In this document: piece by piece, positions 41,321 through 49,080 of the stretch
How positions within the stretch are numbered: position 1 is the stretch's first letter
Layout: each line of letters starts with the position of its first letter
Source of the DNA: Meiothermus sp.
Lineage (GTDB): Bacteria > Deinococcota > Deinococci > Deinococcales > Thermaceae
DNA length: 64,000 nt
Assembly (NCBI GenBank): GCA_033762915.1
Contig: JANRLD010000075.1
Coordinates: 1-64,000 of the forward strand
Direction: 5' to 3'
Program-made: the position numbers and the translations under genes
Notes under the pieces: model-generated
What the model was told of the DNA's origin: nothing
The model's database searches: none
What the model saw: the letters and a program-made list of their open reading frames with translations, nothing else

Positions 41321-41326
41321 GGGGTC

Positions 41327-41530
41327 ATGACAGTTGATAAGGTTCACTCGAGCTATATCCTTCGATTGACCCAGCGCCTGAGTCGGCTGACCTTCGAGCT
41401 GCACGACGTGCGCAGCGGCCAAACCCACCAGTTCGATAGCCCCAAAGCCCTCTCGAGCTACCTCGAGCTGGCTCTGGAGGCCCAGTTCCGCGACACCACG
41501 CTTCCCAGCACTTCGAACGGGGGGAGCTAG
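41327..41530 (+). CDS. Small conserved-looking protein (SYILRL..L.DV.SG..H.F.S) next to the BTAD regulator
   Basis: Has its own promoter and a leaderless ATG; resembles small ORFs I recall beside BTAD regulators. Confidence 0.7.
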   Translation: MTVDKVHSSYILRLTQRLSRLTFELHDVRSGQTHQFDSPKALSSYLELALEAQFRDTTLPSTSNGGS

Positions 41531-41621
41531 GGGATGTGGGTATGTGAAGGACGGGGCGGCGGGAAGCCTGTTTTTGGGCTGAACTATGCGTTCGACGGCC
41601 GGTGGATTTTGGGACAGAGCT

Positions 41622-41655
41622 TGTTAAGAGCTTGTTTAGACCCCTCGAGGAAACT
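41622..41655 (+). promoter_or_regulatory. Motif A promoter -N7-GAAACT
   Basis: TGTTAAGAGCTTGTTTAGACC. Confidence 0.8.
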
Positions 41656-41703
41656 CTTTCTAACCCAGGCGCCGGAACGGCGCGCAGCGGCGGAGGTAAG
41701 GCG

Positions 41704-44559
41704 ATGAAGACGATCATTCGGGCAGGGTATGTCGCGGCAATCTTGACCTTGGCAGCATGTGGGGGCGGCGCTCCTACGGCGCTCCCCAGCGAACTCGATG
41801 AGCTAATTTCGGCCGCCGGCGAGGCCGACGCCGAGGTGCGGCTCGAGGTGCTCAAAAGTTACCAGCCCGCCACCATCACCACCCAGTTCAACCCCGAGAT
41901 CGGGGGGCAGACGGTATACGAGGTGGCGGGCACCACCCCCGGCGGTAAGCCCTTCAAGGCGGTGCTGCTGGGCGACGAGGGCATCGACTTGGCCGAGTTT
42001 CGTGCCAACGCGCGGATACAGGCCCGGCTGCGGCGCATTCAGGGCCAGACCGTGCTGGCGGGCCGGATGATCCCCACCGGGCCGCTGGCCGGGCAGAACC
42101 CCATCGCCTTTGTGGCTGCCGGTCAGAACGTCCGATTCAGCGGCCCCGAGGCGGGCAGCGTCTACCAGTTGCAGGGCGTGGCCGACTTTAAGGGCGTGTG
42201 CGCCGAAAACGGCCTTAGCGGTTCGTACAGCTTCAAACAGGGCAACGCCGAGATGGCGGGTGCCCTGACCGGCCTGCGCGAGCGCGGCAAGGCCACAGCT
42301 TGCGCGGCTGGAGCAGTGGACGGCCAGCTGCCGGTAGCCCTCAGCTACACCGCCGTCGAGACCCACATGGGCATCATCTTTGCGCTACAGGGCAGCTTGG
42401 TCGTGGGGGCGGGCGGCAGCGGCCTGGGCGCGCAGGCCGCGGCGCCGATGCCCTCCCAGGGTCTGGCCATCCCCACCGCCACCCTGCCCCCCACCACCCT
42501 GCGGGCCACCTCCACCCTTAAGACGAACGTAAAGCAGCTGGGTGGCAGTTCGGGGGCCGAGTTGGTCAGCTTCAGCGCCACCACCGGAACCCTGATCTTC
42601 AACCGTCTGACCGGCAACCTGAGCAGCCTGTTGGTCAACGACATCATCACTTCGGCCCCCCGCACCAACGCCCCCAACGGCTTTCTGAGAAAGGTAACTC
42701 AGATTCGCAACACCAGCGACGGCAAGGTCGAGGTGCGCACCTCCAAGGCCCTCGCCGCCGACCTGCTCGATGAGGCTGACATCAGTGTGGATCAGCCGTT
42801 CGACTCGGCCGACGCGCAGCGGGCCTCGGCCCTCGAGCAAGGCCAGGTCGTTTATGCCGCCGCCCAGAACGGCCCCTCGGCACAGGCCATGATTCGGCAG
42901 AACTTCAACCTGGTGCTCTACGACCAGGACGACAACCGAAGCACCACCGATGACCAGATCGTGGTCAGTGGCAACTTCCAGGTCACCCCCAGGGTGGTGA
43001 TTGACTTCAAGTGCCGGCGGTCCTTCTGCTCCGACCCATACTTTTTGGGCAAATTCGTGCTCGACGAGGAAGCCGAAATCAACGTCAGCGCCAAGCTGAA
43101 GAAGGAACTGCGCGAGTCCAAGCAGATCGTCCGTATCGCGCTCCCGGCCATTGTGGCAGGCCCGCTGGTATTTGTACCGGACATTGTGGTGACGGTAGAT
43201 GTGGAGGGCGTGGTGCGGGTCGAGGTGGAGGTGGGGGCCAAGCAAAGTTTGCGAATCGAGGCTGGGGTTAAGTACGACGGCGGCTTCACCAAGATCAACG
43301 AGGTCACCACCAACGTCGATATCATCGGCCCCACCCTGCAAGGCAGCGTTGAGGTCAAGGCGGGCGTGTATGCGGCGCTGCGCCTGATGCTCTACGGTGT
43401 GGCGGGCGTCTCGGCGGAGGCCGGGCCGTATGCCAAGTTCGTGGCCCAATACCCCGCCCAGCCCTACTGGACGATGCAGTACGGCATCGAGGGCAACCTG
43501 GGCGTTGATGTTGACCTAATCCTCTTCCGCAAAGAGTGGGACGTCAAGCTGTTTGATCGCGTCTTCAACGACAAGACCAAGACCGCCCCCAACGAGCGCC
43601 CGCAGTTCCTCGAGATCGGCCCCAAGTACCTCTGTGACAACGGCTACGCCGCTCGAGGGGCCATCCCCATCGGTGGCGGGTTGTCCAACATCACCCTTAT
43701 TGCCCTCACCGACGACAAAGAAGACGGCGCAGGCACCGGCACCATCGACTGGTCTTCCAGCCGCGACGGCTCGCTGGGCCGCACCCGCAAGGCCGACAAG
43801 CACACCCTCAACTACCCGCTCTCTAACGGCACGCACACCATCACCGCCGTCCTGACCGACAGCCAAGGGGCCACCCGTACCCGGGAGTTCCAGGTCTTGC
43901 TCTCGAACAGCCAATGCCAGTTCCCTGGTGGCTTCCCCAACGTGGACATCACCTCCGACGACAACCCCAACAACCTCCCCTTCGCCCCCATCGTCGCCAT
44001 CGGGCTCGACCGCTCCCTGACCCTCACCGCCCGCGCTAACATGGGCGCCCTGGCCCTGTGCAGCCCGCAGATCACCTGGAAGTCCAACCTCGAGAACCGC
44101 AACGCCGGGACTTCTACCGGGGTGATGCAGCAGGTCGGCACTCCGCCCCTCATCCAGCAAGTCTGTACCCACACTTTCACCAACGTCTACAAAAACCTCA
44201 GCCCCCAGACCATCACCGCCAAGCTCACCCACAACGGAATGACCGTAACCGACAGCATTGATGTGAGCGCGTTGATACCCGTCATGCCCAGCCTGGGCGG
44301 TATCACCTTCACCGCCCCCAGCGCTTCCCGCTACATCTACGAGGGCGACCAGGTGTCCTTCAATGCAACCGGAACCAACCCAGTCTGGAGTTCCAGCGTG
44401 GCCGCCGACAACATCAACGGGCGCACCGGCAACAGCGTAAACGCACGCTTCAACTCCATCGGCCCCCGTACCATCGTGGCCCGCATCGAGAACGGCCAGG
44501 GCGGGTTTATTTCCAAGAGCGTGACCGTCAATGTGCTGAGCGCCTTGGCGAAACCCTAA
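41704..44559 (+). CDS. Large multidomain lipoprotein; N-terminal domain paralogous to 44832/45705, C-terminal Ig/PKD-like domains
   Basis: Lipobox LAAC; RBS GGAGG; WSSSRDGSLG..GTHTITA..TDSQG. Confidence 0.82.
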   Translation: MKTIIRAGYVAAILTLAACGGGAPTALPSELDELISAAGEADAEVRLEVLKSYQPATITTQFNPEIGGQTVYEVAGTTPGGKPFKAVLLGDEGIDLAEFRANARIQARLRRIQGQTVLAGRMIPTGPLAGQNPIAFVAAGQNVRFSGPEAGSVYQLQGVADFKGVCAENGLSGSYSFKQGNAEMAGALTGLRERGKATACAAGAVDGQLPVALSYTAVETHMGIIFALQGSLVVGAGGSGLGAQAAAPMPSQGLAIPTATLPPTTLRATSTLKTNVKQLGGSSGAELVSFSATTGTLIFNRLTGNLSSLLVNDIITSAPRTNAPNGFLRKVTQIRNTSDGKVEVRTSKALAADLLDEADISVDQPFDSADAQRASALEQGQVVYAAAQNGPSAQAMIRQNFNLVLYDQDDNRSTTDDQIVVSGNFQVTPRVVIDFKCRRSFCSDPYFLGKFVLDEEAEINVSAKLKKELRESKQIVRIALPAIVAGPLVFVPDIVVTVDVEGVVRVEVEVGAKQSLRIEAGVKYDGGFTKINEVTTNVDIIGPTLQGSVEVKAGVYAALRLMLYGVAGVSAEAGPYAKFVAQYPAQPYWTMQYGIEGNLGVDVDLILFRKEWDVKLFDRVFNDKTKTAPNERPQFLEIGPKYLCDNGYAARGAIPIGGGLSNITLIALTDDKEDGAGTGTIDWSSSRDGSLGRTRKADKHTLNYPLSNGTHTITAVLTDSQGATRTREFQVLLSNSQCQFPGGFPNVDITSDDNPNNLPFAPIVAIGLDRSLTLTARANMGALALCSPQITWKSNLENRNAGTSTGVMQQVGTPPLIQQVCTHTFTNVYKNLSPQTITAKLTHNGMTVTDSIDVSALIPVMPSLGGITFTAPSASRYIYEGDQVSFNATGTNPVWSSSVAADNINGRTGNSVNARFNSIGPRTIVARIENGQGGFISKSVTVNVLSALAKP

Positions 44560-44613
44560 AGGCATCCGGCTGAGAGCAGCGAATAGCCCAAATGCAACCG
44601 CCCGCTCTAGCGC

Positions 44614-44647
44614 CGTTAAGACCTTGTTTAGACCCCACTGGGAAACT
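44614..44647 (+). promoter_or_regulatory. Motif A promoter -N7-GAAACT
   Basis: CGTTAAGACCTTGTTTAGACC. Confidence 0.82.
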
Positions 44648-44669
44648 GGGCTTAGCCAAGGGGGAAGCG

Positions 44670-44819
44670 ATGGAACAGATTGTCAAAGTGCTGCTGGTGG
44701 CCGTGCTGTTGGTGCAAATGAAGGGCGCTCGAGCCGCCCCCGGCCCCAGCACCCTTACCCAAACCACCTACATCGGCGAAACCGAGAAGAACAACGAAAC
44801 CAGGCACCGCAAGCCCTAA
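44670..44819 (+). CDS. 49-aa putative secreted micro-peptide containing YIGETEKN
   Basis: Signal-peptide-like N-terminus ending ARA-A; first ORF after the motif A promoter; its stop abuts the RBS of the next gene. Confidence 0.65.
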   Translation: [49 protein letters not shown]

Positions 44820-44831
44820 AGGAGGAACACC

Positions 44832-45629
44832 ATGTTGAGTACCCGTACCCTCTCATCCGCACTTCTGGCCCTTAGCCTTTCACTTCTGGCTGCCTGCAGC
44901 AGCGCTCCACAGGCCACCGACCCCATCGACGATCTAGCGGCCTTGGCAGATGCGAATGGCGACCTCGAGGCCACCCTGAGCATCGTTTCGGTTGTTCCGA
45001 GTAGTGCTCCATCAACTGCACAAGTGCTAGGCAACGACGTTAGCTACCAATACACTTACCAAAAAATTACGTGGACGTACCGAGGCAAAACGGGGAACGG
45101 TTTTTCACTCAGCTCGAGCACCCCCGGTTCGCAGGTTGCGGCGGCTGTAGCTGCTGGAGATCAGATGAGGATTCGGGGCCGGGTCAGAAAGGTGGGGAAT
45201 GTGCCTGCGTTTGTCGGTTTCATGCACTCCCCAACCACCCAGGCTTCTGGTATTGGGGCCGCTGCAGCTACTCCGCCCACGCCTGTAATCCTCGTAGCCG
45301 AAGGCAAGACCCTGAGCGGGATACAAGTAGGTTTAATGTACGAGCTCAAGGACGTCTTAGTTTCGAGTTATGCCATTGAAATCAATGGTCAGACTGCTGG
45401 GTGGTTCCGTACCGCCAACGGCAGTACCGCCTCGTTTCGGGTGACCTCTCCCGGCCCGCTCAACTTGCCTAGTGGGGTGTTTCAGGCCAGGTTGAGTGGA
45501 AGGATAGAGGTAGTCCAGACTTCCATCGGGCCAGTTGGAAATCTTACGGGTGTGCTGGCTTTCGGGCAAAACCAAAGTGTCCAAATTCAGGGGATTGCCG
45601 GTGCGACGGAGATTGCCGCTAAAGACTGA
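44832..45629 (+). CDS. Lipoprotein paralog 1 carrying Hcp-like peptides
   Basis: Lipobox LAAC; RBS AAGGAGG; high similarity to 45705. Confidence 0.85.
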   Translation: [265 protein letters not shown]

Positions 45630-45704
45630 GTATGGTTTTGGATGAGTTGCTTAACCCAACAGTCCCGAATCTGAACACTGCACGCTGTAAAGGAGGAACC
45701 CGCT

Positions 45705-46469
45705 ATGTTCAACCCCCGCACCTTTTTTCTGACCCTCAGCTTCTCGCTGCTCGCTGCATGCGGCAGCGTTCCCCAGGCCACCGACCCTGTTGAAGATATA
45801 GCCGCCCTGGCCGATGCCAACGGTGACCTCGAGGCCGTCGTACAGATTCAAAGCGTTGGCTCGAGCGCGCTTCAATCCCAGGCCGAAACCGTGCATCTGT
45901 TCTTGAGGGCCACCTACAATGGCAAGCCCATACAGGGGTTCTCCTTCGGAGCGACCCAAACCGGCACTTTCGGAGCGACCCAAACCGGCACTCAGAACGT
46001 TACAGCCGCAGTAGCTGCTGGCGACCGGATGAGGATTCGGGGTCGGGTGCGAAGCATTAAGGGTGTGCCCACCTTTGTGGGCCTTATGCAAGCAGATGGC
46101 ACCCAGGCATCGGCGGCAGCAGTCCAGGCGGTTCCGGTGGCGCTGGTTGGGGGCAGCAAGGCCCTTCCGCCGGCGGGTTACTTCACCATCACCTTGGAAG
46201 ACGCATTGGTCTCGGGCTACATCACCAAGCTGCGGGACTCGGACATCATCCTCTTCCGCACCGCCGACGGCAAGCCTTTTGCCAGCGCTATGTTCAAACC
46301 TACTACGGCAATCTATGCCGAACCTATTGAAGGCACTTGGAAGGTTATCCTCAACCTCAAAGGCAATGTTGTTCAAACCCCAGCCGGGCCGGTGGGGGAA
46401 GCGACCGGGCAGATCCAGATCGAAGGGCGGCAGCCGGTGGGAATCATTGCAATCCTGATCGGTTTATAG
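45705..46469 (+). CDS. Lipoprotein paralog 2 carrying Hcp-like and pilin-like peptides
   Basis: Lipobox LAAC; RBS AAGGAGG; shared [19 protein letters not shown] and [15 protein letters not shown]. Confidence 0.85.
   Translation: [254 protein letters not shown]
45945..45992 (+). repeat. Exact 24-bp tandem duplication (FGATQTGT x2)
   Basis: TTCGGAGCGACCCAAACCGGCACT twice. Confidence 0.97.
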
Positions 46470-46565
46470 GTGTTCAAAGCGCCTCAAGCAAGAGTCGAGT
46501 AGGAAGGGCTTGGCTCGAGGCGCTTACTGTCTAACTGCCCGAGCAGACAAAACACGGAGCCAATC

Positions 46566-47456
46566 ATGCGACCAAAACTATTCCTTGTAGCCTTGTGCGT
46601 TTTGGCGGCGCAGGTGTTTGCACAAACCTACCGCCCCACCGTGCAACTCACCGACCTGATGGGTTTGCGCTTTTTCCCCAGTTCCGGACTGCTTCAGTTT
46701 GATGGTGCGCAGCTGGCCTTTCCCAAGGCGGGCGAGAGCTATGCCCTCGAGTTACGTCAAGTGGGCGGGGCGACCATCTACAAAACCGATTTGAACCTCG
46801 AGGGGGTGAGCGGGTTCCCGGCTTTCGGCTGGCTGGCCCCGGTGGAGCGCGGCTCGGAGAAGTTCAAGCTGACCCAAGGTGGCAAATACGAACTGGTGGT
46901 TCGGATGGGCGGCCAGGTCCTGAGCAGCGTGGCCTTCGAGGCCAAGGCTACCGGCAGCGGTGATGCCTTCAACCCAGGCCAATCCTTCCGCCTAATCGGC
47001 CCCTGGGACAAACTGGCCTACCTCTATTCCAGGGACGGCGACCCCAATGCCAAACTGTATGTGGTGGGTTGGGTGACGGACGCTGAGTTCGGACCCAACC
47101 GCGACGATAGGTGGGTGACGGTGCAGATTACCAGGGGCGCAAAGGTGTTGTGCAGGTCGGTGGTGTTTGTGGATGCACCCCACTGGGGCCGCTACCGCTT
47201 TGACGTGGCCAAAGCCAACAACGCCCAATGCACCCTGGCCGACATCACCCAGGCCAATGGCGATTATGTGCTCGAGTTCCGCTCCAAGACCAAGCTGCTA
47301 CGGCGCTTCAACTTCAAGGTGGCGGGCAAGCAGATCCAGCGCATCGCCCGCAACACCCTGCCTTTCCTGAGCAGCAACTGGGGCGGAATTCCCTCTAAGC
47401 TGGTCAACAGCGACCTCGTGCTGCAAGAGATGTTCTGGCTCGAGGCCGCGAGGTAA
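46566..47456 (+). CDS. Hypothetical secreted protein
   Basis: Signal peptide ending VFA-Q; beta-rich. Confidence 0.75.
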   Translation: MRPKLFLVALCVLAAQVFAQTYRPTVQLTDLMGLRFFPSSGLLQFDGAQLAFPKAGESYALELRQVGGATIYKTDLNLEGVSGFPAFGWLAPVERGSEKFKLTQGGKYELVVRMGGQVLSSVAFEAKATGSGDAFNPGQSFRLIGPWDKLAYLYSRDGDPNAKLYVVGWVTDAEFGPNRDDRWVTVQITRGAKVLCRSVVFVDAPHWGRYRFDVAKANNAQCTLADITQANGDYVLEFRSKTKLLRRFNFKVAGKQIQRIARNTLPFLSSNWGGIPSKLVNSDLVLQEMFWLEAAR

Positions 47457-47498
47457 TGCCGGGTTGGTGCGGTCACCCGCGATAGACGGAGTGCATCC

Positions 47499-48104
47499 AT
47501 GAGCGAACATCTGAAACGTGCGATTATCGTCCTGGCGGGACTGTTGGGTCTGGCCCTGGCCCAGGAGCCGGCGGGCCGCTCGCTGCGGGCGGGGCTGGCC
47601 GAGAGCAAAGCCCTGCTCGAGATGTCCGCCCCCAACCCCGTCTCTATCTCCGGCTTCAAAGAGAGCTACAGCTACCGCCTAACCCTCTCCGACGTGTTTT
47701 TTGACACCAAGGGCAGCACCACCTTTGGGTTGGTGCTGGCCTCGAGGGCCGGCGGGGCGGCCGATACGGTCAGCTTTACCTTTGCTGGCCCCTATAGCGC
47801 CCTTCAGCCCGCCATCGCCAATGCCTTTCACCTGCTGATGTGGGGTGGGATTTGCCTGGGCGTACCCAAGGAGATCATGCCCACCCTCAACCAGGGCCCC
47901 GAGTTCTTCGGCCAGCTGGTCCAGGCCTTGCAACAGCGCAGCTCTGCGGGCTTCAGCAAGGTCTACAACGGTGTCAGCTACAGCTTCGGCAACCTCGAGT
48001 TCGCCGGCACCACCGCCCGCTTCACGGTCACCTTGCAAAACCCTGGTCGTCCCGGCCTGGGCGGATGGAAAGAAGCCTGTTCGACCAACGATCCCCTCCG
48101 CTAG
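47499..48104 (+). CDS. Hypothetical secreted protein
   Basis: Signal peptide ending ALA-Q. Confidence 0.72.
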   Translation: MSEHLKRAIIVLAGLLGLALAQEPAGRSLRAGLAESKALLEMSAPNPVSISGFKESYSYRLTLSDVFFDTKGSTTFGLVLASRAGGAADTVSFTFAGPYSALQPAIANAFHLLMWGGICLGVPKEIMPTLNQGPEFFGQLVQALQQRSSAGFSKVYNGVSYSFGNLEFAGTTARFTVTLQNPGRPGLGGWKEACSTNDPLR

Positions 48105-48111
48105 ACCACCT

Positions 48112-48145
48112 TGTTAAGACCTTGTATAGACCCCAGCGCCACACT
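48112..48145 (+). promoter_or_regulatory. Motif A promoter -N7-CACACT
   Basis: TGTTAAGACCTTGTATAGACC. Confidence 0.82.
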
Positions 48146-48166
48146 GTAGCCAGGAGGAGGGAGACC

Positions 48167-48589
48167 ATGAAGACAATGTTGAAAGTGGCGGCTGTAGCCT
48201 TGGTTTTTACCCTGCTGGCGGGGTGTGGGCAAATGACACAAGGCTCTGGAGAGCTTCTGGCCCAATACGATTTGCCGGGGGTTGGGCTTGCGATCTTGCG
48301 GAACCCCCCAACCGCTAAGGGCACCGACGTGGCGATGGAAGAGTTGATGCTGGCGACAGACGCTCACGACCGCTACGCCAACCTCGAGGTGGCCTACTTT
48401 ACCGCCAGAGGGAGCGTCGCCTCGGGCTGGATTTCCTTCAAGGGAGGAGCTTCCCCAGGAGCGAGGGGCCGGTTCAGCGGCACGGGACAGTGGGTACAGA
48501 CCGCCCAGGGAATGGTCTTGTACGCCGAGGGTTGGGTGGTTTTTGAACCCAACAACGAGCCGCTGTGGGCGCAGATGGTTTCGAGGTGA
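48167..48589 (+). CDS. Small lipoprotein carrying tail-tube-like and AAA-ATPase-like peptides
   Basis: Lipobox LAGC; RBS AGGAGG; C-terminus resembles the 44832/45705 scaffold (VQT..G.V....G). Confidence 0.8.
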   Translation: [140 protein letters not shown]

Positions 48590-48592
48590 GCC

Positions 48593-49072
48593 GTGCGGAT
48601 TCGCGTGACCACCGGTACCGGCGAAGGCCCCACGCCCCAGGCCGCCTTCGACGCCGCCCTCCGCAGCGCGGGGGTGGCCAACTACAACCTGCTCGAGTTG
48701 TCCTCGGTGATCCCGACGGGCAGCCGTATTGAGCGGTGCAAGCCCACCAGCAGCGCGGGGGAGTACGGACACCGTCTGTACGTGGTGGTGGCGCGGAGGC
48801 TCGAAAAAGAGCACGGTAAAACCGCGTGGGCGGGGCTGGGTTGGACGCAGGAAAGGTCCAGTGGGCGCGGTCTATTTGTCGAGATCGAGGGTCCGAGCCT
48901 CAGCCAGGTTGAGCAGGAGATAGACCTCACCCTTGAGGCCATGAAATCCGCTCGCCCCATTCCCTACGGCAACAACGAGTCGGAAATCGTAGGCATCGAA
49001 TGCCGGGGAAACCCCGTGTGTGCGCTGGCAGTAGCGGTGTACCAGAGTAAGGGTTGGGCGAAGAGGGTTTAG
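48593..49072 (+). CDS. Pyruvoyl-dependent arginine decarboxylase family protein
   Basis: G.G.T...AFDAAL..AGVANYNL..LSSVIP with the SS self-cleavage site. Confidence 0.85.
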   Translation: MRIRVTTGTGEGPTPQAAFDAALRSAGVANYNLLELSSVIPTGSRIERCKPTSSAGEYGHRLYVVVARRLEKEHGKTAWAGLGWTQERSSGRGLFVEIEGPSLSQVEQEIDLTLEAMKSARPIPYGNNESEIVGIECRGNPVCALAVAVYQSKGWAKRV

Positions 49073-49080
49073 GTGTCTTG

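Noticed and set aside
42760..42815. LLDEAD and FDSADA in the large lipoprotein as further ATPase-derived segments
   Set aside because: Too short and degenerate to distinguish from chance.
44670..48589. A genuine T6SS or eCIS gene cluster
   Set aside because: Only short motifs are present, inside exported proteins. There is no full Hcp, sheath, VgrG, baseplate or ATPase ORF.
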